Below, in pieces: positions 37,962 through 50,500 of a DNA stretch of 64,000 bases. Within the stretch, counting starts at the first letter, position 1. The number at the start of each line of letters is the position of its first letter. The position numbers were made by a program, and so were the translations under genes. The notes under the pieces were generated by a model that was given only the letters and a program-made list of their open reading frames with translations, searched no databases and was not told where the DNA came from. The stretch is taken from positions 5,704,001 to 5,768,000 of the forward strand of contig JBHGNT010000008.1 of assembly GCA_043228905.1 (NCBI GenBank), given 5' to 3'. The stretch is from Azolla caroliniana. Taxonomy: Eukaryota > Plantae > Polypodiophyta.

Positions 37962-40931
37962 GTGAAAGCAAGGAGCGAAAAGGTACGTAGTGGGCATTTA
38001 ACAGCCGCCACGTTACTTAATACTAAATTAGTACACGACGTGCGCATGCTCGGAAAAGGCGCCAAGACGCACAGAGAAAAAGCAGAACGCATGGAGACCT
38101 TTTCATTTCACGAGCCGAGAAGCACAAAAGCACCAAGGCAGTTGAAGCTTATCAGACGCGAACCTGCACTCAGAGAACCCCCACGTTCGGAACACTCTCT
38201 CTCTCGCTCTCACTCTCATCACCACTCTACCTCGCCATCTTTCCTCGACCTCGAAGCAGACATGGACCCACAAACGCTGTCGGAAGCGGCCAGGAAATGG
38301 CTCAGGCAACACGGACTGGATGGGTTCTTGACCATCATGGAGGCACCACCGCACAAAGAAGCCGACCGGGTCATCAAGGAGCTCGACACAGAAGTCATCA
38401 CCGAGGAAGCGATCCGTGCGCTAACAGGCCTTCCGGAGGGAGGTATTTTTCAGATCGATAACCCAACCTCGGAGCAACTCATCCGATATTTCGGTGAGTA
38501 CTCTCTAGCCGGCAAAGGCTATCGAACGCAGGGCGGCAAAGATCCGCTATTCAGGGAGATAGCTCGAGTGCTCCATGAGTACGGCCACGTGTACCCCCGA
38601 CCCCCTGTCATGCCAAAAAATCGGGCAGGGATGATCATAGCCACCTATGAAGGGATCAAGGTGGATTGGCCGGTGTTGATTGTAGACGGTTTGTGCGCGG
38701 CAATTGACACGGTACGAGGAAAGGACGGCAAGGAGGGCCGGAAGCTGTGGCATGCCGTAGCTTAGTGGATAACATTGCTCGCGCCGCCGATCAAGACCGT
38801 TCAGCCAAAGAAGCGGCCAAGATTATCGGAAGGAAGCACCTCGAAGCCCGCGTCCAAACGACAGCAGCTGCTGGCGTCGAAGGCGACGAAAGGGAAGAAA
38901 CGGCTCCCAGAACTGGAGGAGGTGTCACCGGTCCTACCCGTTAAGATAACCATACGGCGACCGGGACAGAAGGAACCGGAACCCTTGACGGCACAGATAC
39001 ATGCCGTTACCCAGGAAGAGGAAACGGAGGAGCCAGTAGAGCACCTCCAACGACGGTCAAGAAGTAGGACCGCCGGGACAGCGGGGGAGCGTTCGGACCC
39101 GCAAAAGGAAGAAACGCCCCCAACTCAACCTGAGCAAACCGCAAGGGAGGAACCGGAACTGGTGCGTATAGAACCGGCCTTGTCGACTTCTATACAAGAA
39201 GTCATTCCAACGGCTCCGGAGACGGCGAGAACTGGAACTCAACAGCCAGCGAGCCCAGCCAGCACACACAGCGGCCGAGGAGTAGAACCAGAACGGCAGA
39301 TACAGGCACTCAGGCCAGACAATTCCACAGTGAACGAGCCGACCCGACCAGTACAGCAGCAAGGCACCAGTAGCATGTGGCTACAATGGGTAGGCGAGCA
39401 GATCGCCGGAGCGGTTGAGTACATAGAGGCGGAGGAGAGAGCGCACCACGAACGGTTGCTCGTCACAACCGTAGATCTAGAGACAGCCCGGTCCAGAATC
39501 CGGAGCCTTGAACAAGACTTGGACAGGGTCACAAGGGAAATGGCTCAATTGGCTTTGACAACACAAGTCCAAGCACCGGTGACTCCGGGCAATGTACAGA
39601 ATAAAGCGTCAGATCAACCTGTACATAGCAATCAGACCCCGGCAACGGAAACCGTTCCGGAGAGAAATGCAGCACAAGCCCAAGAGCTTGCGAACTTAAA
39701 GGATGAGCTAGCTGCCCAAGAAGCGTTGAGGAGCCACGAAAGAGAGTTGAAGACGGTAGCGGAGGCAGAACTCAAAAAGACTGCTGAGAATCTACACTGG
39801 GCCGAGGAGAGCTTACGAAAAGGCCACCAAGCGTACGACCGGCTCAAGGAGGAGAAGGAGAAAATGCTGCAAGAGAAGGACAGGCTCCGGAGAAACGCCG
39901 AAACAGAAGTAGAGCGCCTGAAAGAGGAACTCCGGCAGCTAAAGGACCGGGAGGACCGGAACCATCGCCAGATCAATGGCAAGCTCAAACAAAAAACGGA
40001 GGAATTTGAGCACTTGCACCGGGAGTATAAACGGTTGCAAACGGAGCACAAGGAACGGACGGATGAGCTCCGGCAAGCAGTTGATCGGACCGCAACGGCA
40101 TACGCTAATGAACAAGCGGAAACCAAAAGACGGTTGGAAGAGGCGGAGAAGGTTCGGACAGAGCTCCTCAGGCAACAGCGGGCGGAAAGAGAAAGAGCGG
40201 CGGAGGTACTGCAGAGGCTACAAACAACATATCAAGGGCAGCTGACGCGCTACAGAGAGCAGGCGGAGGATACGGCTAATCTCATCAAGCAGTTGAAGGA
40301 GGAACGACAAGTTGTGGAAAGTAGAGCGCAAATGGGAGCAAGTCGCATCCAGGATATCATGCGGGCCTGGTTGAACCAGACCAAGAGCTTGATTGACAAC
40401 GGTTCCGTCAAATGGTGGACCAAGTGGGCCCCGAACGCGGCGGAACTCCAATTGCTCCGGGCCGACGTAGAGAACCGGCGGAAGGAGGGAGATGATTGCT
40501 ATATGCAGACTTCCGAAGACTTCACCGGCATAAGAGATGAGCTGGCCGAAGACTTTCAAGCCTTCGCAGAGGACCAACTAGGGCAAGTCCGGCAACTTGT
40601 AGCTCAGTTGGACGACGACAGGCTGGAGGCGCAGATCCAATTTGAAAGCTACGAGAGGTCCCGGATCCGGGAAGAGAAAGCACGAGAACCAGTAACGGTC
40701 AACCTCAGTGATGAGGAACCGTTACTAGAAGGAGACCGGACCGGAAGCAGTCAAACGGGGATGCCGGAGTCAGAGAAACAAACGGAGCAGCCGCCTATAG
40801 AGCAGCCGGAGCAGTCTCAGTCCCAACCGCAACCACAGCAGCAGCAGCAAGCACAACCGCAACAACCGCAACCGGAAGAACAATTGGAAACTCTGGAACA
40901 AAGTATTTTGGACAATTTGGGTGAACAATGA
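37962..40931 (+). pseudogene. Accessory ORF2: globular N-terminus plus long coiled coil; one in-frame stop at 38763; start uncertain
   Basis: ORFs 37962..38765 and 38775..40931 are in the same frame; E/R/Q/K-rich heptad-like region; lies between pol and the 3' LTR. Confidence 0.8.
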
Positions 40932-40943
40932 AGGGGCCGAGAA

Positions 40944-40981
40944 GGGTTCGACGTACAAGGTACTATCCCACGGGCGTGCCA
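40944..40981 (+). other. tRNA 3'-end-like sequence ending CCA in the PPT position (a PBS on the minus strand)
   Basis: GGGTTCGA..TCCCACGGGCGTGCCA, 2 nt before the 3' LTR; reverse complement TGGCACGCCCGTGGGA. Confidence 0.7.
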
Positions 40982-42097
40982 TGTGTTACCGGCCGGCAAG
41001 GAGTCCAAAATACGGAGTGAAGGAATTAATTAAGTATGGTTGTAAATAAGCATAGTATGGACGGAAGGACTGGAAACGGTATGCCGTTCCAGATCCGGAC
41101 GGATTCCGAATAGGTGCGATAGGCACCGTTTTGTACTACGGGCCGGAAACCTATTTAAAGGCCCGGACCCCATTGTAATCGCAGCGGATAATTAATAGAG
41201 CGTATGGTGTTTATACTTCTGTGTTGATTTCCGTTCTGTAATTACTGTTATATCTTACGCGTGTAATTAACAAAAGCGCTCTAATCGTGTAACCTACTTA
41301 AGTCGGTGTAATCGTTGAGTCATAATCCTATGCGGTAATCACCCTTTGGTGAAGTGTCTCCGTGACACCTTGTGTTAGGCCTTGTCCGGTCAGAGAACAA
41401 CACTAGACGTGAAGACGGCATTCCTTCACGGTGACCTCGAAGAGGAGATCTATATGCAGCAACCGGAAGGATTCGTGGAGAAAGGGAAGGAGCACCTGGT
41501 ATGCCGGTTGAAGAATAGCCTGTACGGACTGAAGCAGGCTCCCCGACAATGGTACCGAAAGTTTGACTCCTTCATAACCAATCAAGGGTATCACAAGACG
41601 CAAGCCGATCACTGTGTGTTTGTGAAAAAGTTTGAAGCAGGCGACTTCCTGATACTCCTTCTGTACGTGGACGACATGTTGATCGTCGGACGGGACCAAG
41701 CCAAAATACGGATGCTGAAGAAGGCTCTCAACCGGACCTTCTCAATGAAAGACTTGGGTCTGGCAAGACAGATGTTGGGGATGCATATCATCCGGAACCG
41801 GCCAACGAAGCAACTGTGGCTGTCACAGGAGAAATACGTGATAAAGGTGCTTCAACGGTTCAACATGTTAGAAGCGAAACCGGTCGGATCAACACTCCCA
41901 GCAAACTGCAAATTATCCGGTAAGCAAAGCCCAAAGACGAAAGCAGAGAAGGCTGATATGATGAAGGTTCCATATGCCTCTGCCGTCGGGAGCTTAATGT
42001 ACGCAATGGTGTGTACTCGACCAGATATAGGATACGCAGTCGGAGTGGTGATCCGGTTCATGAGCAATCCCGGCAAGGAGCACTGGAACGCGGTCTA

Positions 42098-42989
42098 TGA
42101 CGGGAACTGGTCGTTCCTTATGCGCAACGCTCGGCCACAAACGAGCTTAGAATGATACACAGAAAACAGGAAATAGAACATGACGCAAAGAAGAGGAAGA
42201 TACACAGGAGGTTTACGTGGAAAACCCCAAACTAGGGGAAAAAACCACGGCAGCCCACAGGCTGCAAACTATCACTATGTAAGAATGTACAAAATAGTGA
42301 GTTCACGGAGGCAACGACCTCGGACTCACAATCTTCGCCACAGGCGGCAGTTACAACAGAGGCAGCGACCTCTTTCTCTCTCTCTCTCTATACAACGTTA
42401 CGTACTCACTCTTCTTCTTGCACCAACAAAAAGAATCACAACAACAACTCTATACACATATTTGCCCTAAGTCATATTTATACTAATATGACTTTTCGGC
42501 TATTTACAAATATAGCCACAATGGGCTCTCAGAAAACATATTTACGAATATGTCTCTTCCTCCGGTTCTCACCGGGTCTGCGTCCTCCGGCTCTCCGTTG
42601 CCGGGTACTCCTCATCCGGTTCACACCGGGTCTGCACTATCCGGCTCTCCGTAGCCCGGTACTCCTCATCCGGTCTTCACCGGGTCTGCATCATCCGGCT
42701 CTCTGTAGTCGGGTACTCCTCATCCGGTCTTCAACAGGTCTGCATCATCCGGCTCTCCGTAGCCGGGTACTCCTCATCCGGTTCACACCGGGTCTGCATC
42801 ATCCGACTCTCCGTAGCCGGGTACTCCTCATCCGGTTCACACCGGGTCTGCACCATCAGGCTCTCCGTAGCCAGGTACTCCTCATCCGGTCTTCACCTCA
42901 TACAGTCTTCACCTCATCCGGTCTTCACCGAGTTTGTTCATCGGCACTGTTCTTCTCCCTTCCCATCCGGAGGGACCTGTCTCCCAACA
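42098..42989 (-). mobile_element. Solo LTR of the Tork-like family with about 6 x 54-bp U3 repeats, TSD GTCTA/GTCCA
   Basis: TGA...ACA termini; copia RT resumes after it; homologous to 7085-9607. Confidence 0.9.
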
Positions 42990-45900
42990 GTCCAATGGAT
43001 ACTCCGATACTTGAAGGGCACTTCGAATATGTGTCTCCGATTCGGCTCCGAAAAACCTCAACTTGACGGTTTTACCGATTCGGACATGTCGGCTGATGTG
43101 GACACCAGCCGGTCTACATCCGGGTATGTTATGACATATGCAGGGGGAGTTGTTTCGTGGTAGTCGAGGCTGCAGAAGACAGTTGCGTTGTCAACCACGG
43201 AGGCGGAGTACATGGCGGCTGTGGAAGCCGGCAAGGAAATATTATGGATGAAGGACTTCATCGGAGAGCTCCGAATCCGGCAAGATGAATACCGGCTCTA
43301 TTGCGATAGTCAAAGTGCCATCCACCTTGCAAAGAATGCGGCCTACCATTCCCGGACGAAGCATATCCAGTGAAGGTATCACTGGATCCAGGAAAGAGTA
43401 GATGACCAGGAGTTCGCGTTGACGAAGATCCACACAGCCGAGAACGGGTCAGATATGCTCACCAAAGTACTGACACCTGACAAGCTGGATGCATGTCGGA
43501 AGCGGGTTGGACTAGTAAGACACCCCATGCCGGAGTGAAGGCAGACTTTGTTAGGAAACAGGTCCCTCCGGATGAGGAGTACCCGGCTACGGATCACCCG
43601 GTGAGAACCGGATGAGTACCCGGCTATGGATGACCCGGTGAGAACCGGATGATGAGGACCCGGTGAGAACCGGATGAGGAGTACCCGGTTACGGATTACA
43701 CGGTGAGAACCGGATGATGAAGACCCGGTGAGAACCAGATGAGGAGTACCCGGCTACGGATGACCTGGTGAGAACCGGATGATGAGTGCCCGGCAAGCCC
43801 CAGATGATGCAGGCCCGGTGAAGAGTGATCATCGGATGAAGGGACATATTTGTAAATATGTTTCTGAGAGTCCATCGGGGCTATATTTGTAAATAGCCAA
43901 AAAGTCATATTAGTATAGCGGGGTGTTGTCATTCTTGTTGGCGCAAGATTAGAGCGCAACAGTGTAGAGAGAGAGAGAGAGAGAGAGAGAAAGAAACTAA
44001 GAGGTCGTTGCCTCTGTTGTAACCGCCGCCTGTGGCGAAGATTGTGAGCACGAGGTCGTTGCCTCCATGAGCTCACTGTTGTAATCTTTGTGATATAGTG
44101 ATAGTTCGCAGTCTGTGGGCTGCCGTGGTTTTTTCCCTTGTTTGGGTTTTCCACGTAAACATCCTGTGTACTCTTTTCTCTCCTCTGTGTCGTGCATTCA
44201 TTATCCGTTTTTTCTTGTGTTTCGATTTTAGACTCGGTTGTGGCCGAGTGTGTTAGAAGGGAGCGTGCATTCCTGTCATCTAGCACAGTTTGGACTTTAG
44301 TTGGATACATGGAGATGCCTTTTGAGGAGATGACATAGCCTAGAAATTCCACTTGCTTGCAGTCAAAGCTATATTTTTCTAGTTTGGCATAAAGACCATG
44401 CTCTTGGAGTCGTTTTAGTACTAATAGTACATGAGAAGCATGCTTTTCCTGGGTCTTCGAATAAATCAATAGATCATCCACATAGATGATCAAACAGATA
44501 TCCAAGAGATCTCTGAATATATCATTTGCCATGTGTTGGAAGACTGTGGGCACATTGGTTAGACCGAACAGCATAACGGTATACTCGAAGTGCCCATATC
44601 GGGTACGAAAAGCGGTCTTCCATTCGTCTCCTGGCCGGATCCGCACGAGGTTATATGCTCCTCATAAGTCTATTTTTGTAAAAAACTTGGCACCATTTAC
44701 ACGTTCTAATAGACTTCATATAAGGGGAAGTGCATACCTATTCCGAATGGTGAACTTATTTAAGCCGCGGTAATCAATGACGAGACGAAGGGATCCATCC
44801 TTCTTTTCTACAAAGAAAATGGATGCACCGGCGAGAGATTTCGAATGACGAATAAACCCGCTTGCCAAATTCTCTTCTATGTACGCTTGAAGGACTTCCA
44901 ACTCGGTTGGTGACAAGTTGAAAATCGGTCCCCACGGTGGCTCCGTTCTTGGTTGTAAATCGATGGGACAATCATAGGGATGATGATGAGGAAGACCTTG
45001 TCAAATACATCGTCATAAGGATGATATTTCGCAGGAAGTTGAACTAAGGATTCCTTTTCAATAGTGCTGGAAGGATGTACTGATATTGCAAATAGAAACA
45101 TTGACTCCTTGCGTCCTTCTTTGCGTAATTGATGGAGCGAAATGCTTGAAACTCGATGAGTAAATTCTCGGGGTTGTCAATATCAGACTTCTCTTGTTCT
45201 CCAATCTATGTTTGGATTATGTACTTCAAACCAAGGTAATCCCAAGACAATGGAATGCTCTGCACTACTAATTATATTAACTGATACCACACACACAAAG
45301 CTATCTAGGACAAACTGAATGAGTTCTGACTCTTCTACGATATTCCTAGAAGCAATGGGACGACCATCAATAACTACTACAGATGCAGGGCAAGTTTTCT
45401 TAAGGATATCTGAGAAGCTTGGGAAAAATTTTGATCCATGAAACAGGAATTGGCTCCAGAATCTAAAAGTGCTAAGACATGTACTGGAGGGGTACTTTTA
45501 GTACTAATCATGACTTGGGCTAAGAACACATTGTTAACTTGCTTAGAGGAAATGGAACCACTAATGGGTTGCACAGATCTAGGGTTGTCCAACCAAACGG
45601 ATCCTATTTTGGCTGGACTTAGTCGTTTAACTCTTCCTCTAATTGACTAAGGATTTCAAATTTGTTTGAGATACTTGGGTTATCAGTACTATTAATACTA
45701 TCAGACACTCCTAAGGGAATTGGCTCGGGTTTAGTACAGGCTACGATATCATTTACCTTTCTTCTTGGCCTATGGAAACAGTTGATGGCGATATGCCCTG
45801 GTCCACCGCAATAAAGACATAATCGATTTCCAGGTCATCGTTGCTTTTCTTCTTCTGATAACGGGCCACGTCGACGCATGGTGTCGATCTCTATCGGCGT

Positions 45901-46274
45901 CAAAGTATTTGCCTGAGATACATCTCGTGCAACTGGTTTTGTTGCGACCGAGGTGTATGTGGGCTCTGGCCTAGTCCGTGGCATTTGAAATTGACATTCC
46001 GAACATCGTTCGAAAAGCCGATTGTCGCATCGGACCGCTCGACTGATTGCATCTGTAAGAGATTTTGGTTCTTCAAGAAAAGGTTAATAGTAAATCTTTC
46101 ACGTCGTTTCGCAGGCCGTAGCGGAACTGCTCTATTAGTGCCTAATCATCCTAGGGGATATCTCAGGCGAGTAGACGGAAATCCGTTGTCGTGTGGTTTT
46201 TCACACACAATATGAAAACTAGTAAAATAATTATTTAAGATTAGTTTAATGTATTCATATAGATAGGTGTCTTC

Positions 46275-46420
46275 AAGAGTTTCATAGCGTATTTTGCTAT
46301 GCATGAAACAGATAAACAAGTATCAAGCTATGTGAGTATGAAGTTTGAAGAGTTTCATAGCGTATTTTACTACGCATGAAACGGATAAACAAGTATCAAG
46401 CTATGTGAGTGTGAAGTTTG
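46275..46420. repeat. 73-bp U3 tandem repeat (2 copies here, 3 copies at 53379-53598)
   Basis: AAGAGTTTCATAGCGTATTTTACTACGCATGAAAC.. units with an internal hairpin. Confidence 0.85.
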
Positions 46421-47571
46421 AAGAAGAAGAAAGAAAAGACAAAACTATGAGATATCCCACAAAGATAGGACAACATTGGAACCCAGGATATATAAGGGAA
46501 ACCAAAACATATTCTGGGTTCATGGAAATCAATGTGTGGAACACAGAATGTCCATGGTGACTTGGGCTACATTGTGTGGTGTGCATGCTTCGGGTGTATG
46601 CGCGTGTGCAAGTTTCGGGCGTACGCGTGCATGTTTCGAACGTACGCACCCATGGACGTCTTCGGATGTATGCGCGTATGCAAGTTTCGGGCGTACGCGT
46701 GGACGTTTTGGACGGACGCGTATGTGCAGACGAGCGCGCACGTGGATGCGTACACTACGGCGTCGTCGAGACTTTTGAGCGTGGCTGCGTACACGGTGCG
46801 GGTTGGACGCGCGCGCGCGTGGATGCGTACACTACGGCACGGTCGGGACGCGTGCATGCGTGGATGCGTACACTACTACGCGGTTGGGACTTTTGCACGC
46901 GGACACGTCTACGGTTTGGTTGCGACGCACGTACGGATTGCGCACGGGCTAAACTTTATGGATGATTGTGTCATTTGGCCGAATTATACGGACAATCGCA
47001 TGCAACCAAAAGCCAAGGCCATGCAACTAAAAGTAAAAGGCATGCATCTAAAAATGGAAGCATGCAACTAAAAATAGAGGCCATCCAACAAAAAGTGGGC
47101 ATGCAAAGTAACATTGGGGAGGAGGAGCAACGAGGAGCTCGATATATGTCCCATTTTTTCCCTCCTAGTTTTTTTTTCCCCCTTCTTTCTTCTTCCCTCT
47201 CGGATTCGAGAAGAAAATTATCTCACATATTGATTTCAAACTCCGAGCTTTGTTTACTTGATCTTTCTTGTCAAAAATTATCTCTGGTATTCATATCGGA
47301 CCACTCCTTGCATGGTTGTTGGCTCCTTTCTTTGAAAACTAATCTCTCATTTCCATACCCAACCCATTGTAACACGATTCTGAAATTATAAAGAATTGAT
47401 TTTCTTTTGCAATAAACTAATGGTTTGTCTCTCCCTCTTTTCTCATGCTTAAAACTTGCTTGTGTTGTTCATGTTGCTCTAAATCCTTCTAGTCCAGAAC
47501 CTCGGCGGTTCCGTCTCACGATCCGCACATAGTGACGGATTTTCACGACATAATTAAGTGGTGAACCCGAC

Positions 47572-50500
47572 ATGAAAGAGGCGGTAGGAAGGAAGTCAAG
47601 TGCAACAATGGCTTCAACAAGCGGAACTAAAGGAGAGGAATTAACGAAAGGTATGGTGTCCGTAGTGGAATACATGCTGAAGGTGAGAGATCGAGAAGCT
47701 TTAATCGACAAAGCTGTTGATCGTACGGTCGAGATAGCTGGACGATTTGGTGGCAAGAACATCACGGATTTTCTTGCTACCTATCGGAACGAGATGCAAC
47801 AAAGGGATGTCAACGATCTGAAACAAATTTCTAGCTTCAAACGTGTGGTGGAACCACGGATCCGCGAGCGCATCATGGAGATCCAAAGCGAGCATGCAAC
47901 TTGGGCGGAGTTCGAAAAGGCGTTTCTCGCTGAATACATGCTTGAAGATGCATCACGGATGACTCGACATACGCTAATGTCTTGGATCGAGAAGAAAGGG
48001 AAGAATATGTGTGCGTCTGGAGTATATGCCGAATTCGACCAGAAGTATAACCGACTTCCGAGTGTTGATCAACGAGTTCTCGATGGAGATAAAGTCTTAA
48101 TATTCCGAAAGGCAGTGGATGCGAAAGATTGGCGTGAATTGGGTAACTTTTTGGAGGATGAAACACAACTAAATGGCTTAGTAGCGGACTGGGCGGCGGT
48201 GAAGAAGGCTTGTAGCCGTCTTGATAAGCGTCGACAATGGCAAGAGGAAACTAATATGGAGAATCCACAATCGTGGAGGAGGAAGGCACCTGTGACGATT
48301 GAGTCTAACAAGCCGATCAACAATTTCGATAAGAAAGCAATGGAGGAATCTATAATCGAAGAGCTCTCCAAGAAGTTTGAAGCGGTATCACTGGCCAACT
48401 TAGGTCGACGCGGGCCGAAGGGAAAAGAAGCGTATAGATGTGTGTGGTGCGACAGTTTCGAACACTCGCGAAGGGAGTGCACTGACTTGCAAGACGCGAT
48501 TCGCAAAAATGTCGTCTATTTGGACGGCAACATGATCCACTCGAGTGAGACCCGAAAGCCACTACGAGTGAACTTCGGAAGAGGCGGGCTGAAAAAGATC
48601 GTGGAAGAGGAAGATGCAAGGCATGTGGAAGCCATGCACTACGCCGCATCGGCAGGAATACGAGTCAGAAGAGAGAATCTAAAGACGATCAAGCCGGGAG
48701 TTGGATTTTGGCCAACGGTATTCGAGTGTGAAAAGAAATAAAAATAGATTTGGAGGATCTCAAACAAGCTGATCGGAATGTGCGACGAGTAACCGGATGG
48801 TCGGATCCAGTCGATGATAACACAAGCTTTGCGGAGGTTGTGTGTGACAACTATGAGGCTCTTGTTGAAGAGAAGAGGAAAAGAACCGGTGAAGAAGATG
48901 GCACATCAAAGCGTCACAATACAAGGAATGCAGGGAAAGAAGGACAAGCCCAACCTACGTCACGAAAAGAGATAGGAGAAACAAGCATGAAGCCCGGTGG
49001 ATCGAGCCAACCTTCTCGGATGGAAGTCGATGAATCTGTGAAGAAAGGAAAGGAACGAGTGGCTCCGACTTACAAGCTAAGGTCGGACATAGAACAAACA
49101 ACCAACTTGCGGAAGGTTCTTGAGGAGAAGGTTTTAGACAGTCATGTCGACCTTACTTTGAGAGAGCTACTTGGGATCGCTAAGGAGTTCCACAATACTA
49201 TCGTGGACTTGATTAAGCGGAAGTGGCAACAATCAGATGAAGAAGAGGTGAAAACAAGTGCCATAACCATGGCAAGATCCGAAGAGGAGGAAGAAGAAGT
49301 GATGGCGGACAGCCATTACTCTCGGCCTCATTGGGCAAGAGTGACAATGGAGACGCCGGTGAAGATCGGAGAGAAGAAGGAGACCGTGGTAGCCTTGATT
49401 GACCATGGTTCAGAGATCAACCTCATGTCGACCGAATTCTACAAGAAAGGAAGATGGCCGATCAACACAAACCACGAATGGAAGATACGAGTGGCAACGA
49501 AGGCCACGGAAGACTTGTACAGAGCTTGTCCCAATGTTAAAGTCACAATCGGAGATGTGGAGATGGATCAACACTTCTTCGTGCAAGACTCGGCTTCACA
49601 TCCCATCATCCTAGGACAACCATATATCACATCGTCCCGGATGGAGACTAAGGTGTTCGATAATGGAGCGGCCTTCGCACGAGTCAAGAGCCTTGACAAT
49701 CAAAGATCTGTTCAATTCCTTACGGTGCGGGCTAATCACGAAAGGAACCGTGATAGCCTTGGAGGCGAGCCCTCGGATTTTTAGAGCAGACTATTGAAGC
49801 GTGGGGCATAAATAGTCCGAGCAATCATAAGTCCCCACAAAGAAGCAAAATAAGTAGATCGCAAGGAGAAGCAACATGTGTGACACCTAGTGGCGTATGT
49901 AAACTAACACTACTCAACAAGAAGGACAAGCATCGGATACAAGACTTCGAGAAGATGTTGAAATAAGAAAGCATAATCGAAGAAGAAGAATTCGTGTCTC
50001 ATATTCTAGAGGAAGCCTCATTTAACGACACCATCGGTGAAATCAAGGAAGTTGTGGACTTGAGCTACCCTCACGATCAAAATGAGATTTCGGTTAACTC
50101 CGTCAACATGTACGCTATCATCAAGGCATCTTGATGGAGGAAGCTGAAGTCAACACAAAATATAAAACGGTGGATAAGAAGATCAAGCCAGTTGCTTGCG
50201 GTTCCGCTACTGGAAGATAGCTAGCAAAAGATGAAAGAAGTTGCCAATGATCCGAGCTTAAGGGATCCAAAGGCAATAGGTCATGTCTTCACCAAAGAGA
50301 CGAAAGGAAAGCTACAAGTTGGAAGGGAAGATTTCCTTCTCCCCGAAGAGGAGAGAATGTTCCGCGGAATGCTTGAGAGACATGGGAAAGCCTTTGCCTT
50401 CTCTCCACAAGAGATCGGATGTGCCGACCCGAAGATGATAGAGCCGATGGTGATTTTTACGGTGCCGCATGTACCTTGGAACCTCAAGCCAATACCGATT

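Larger units (their letters stand above)
31563..41402 (+). mobile_element. Young non-chromovirus Ty3/gypsy element with an extra 3' ORF, TSD CTAGA
   Basis: 419-bp LTRs 31563-31981 and 40984-41402 with about 3 mismatches; CTAGA at 31558-31562 and 41403-41407; PBS TGGCGACCAC at 31988-31997 (tRNA-Arg-like). Confidence 0.97.
26815..43539 (+). pseudogene. Copia polyprotein in pieces: 26815-27258, 29191-31562, 41408-42097, 42995-43539
   Basis: MDDSLGGMFNL gag start; CFYCGKPGHFHKSC; WVVDSG; LVHTDVC; LLYVDD; STTEAEY; premature stops. Confidence 0.92.
26198..44278 (+). mobile_element. Tork/Tnt1-like copia with three nested insertions, TSD TCTAG
   Basis: LTRs 26198-26783 and 43549-44278; TCTAG at 26193-26197 and 44279-44283; PBS TGGTATCAGAGC at 26787-26798. 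Confidence 0.96.

Noticed and set aside
46401-47391. Arg/Cys/Val-rich overlapping ORFs (also 53691-55192)
   Set aside because: Spurious frames in low-complexity LTR repeats.
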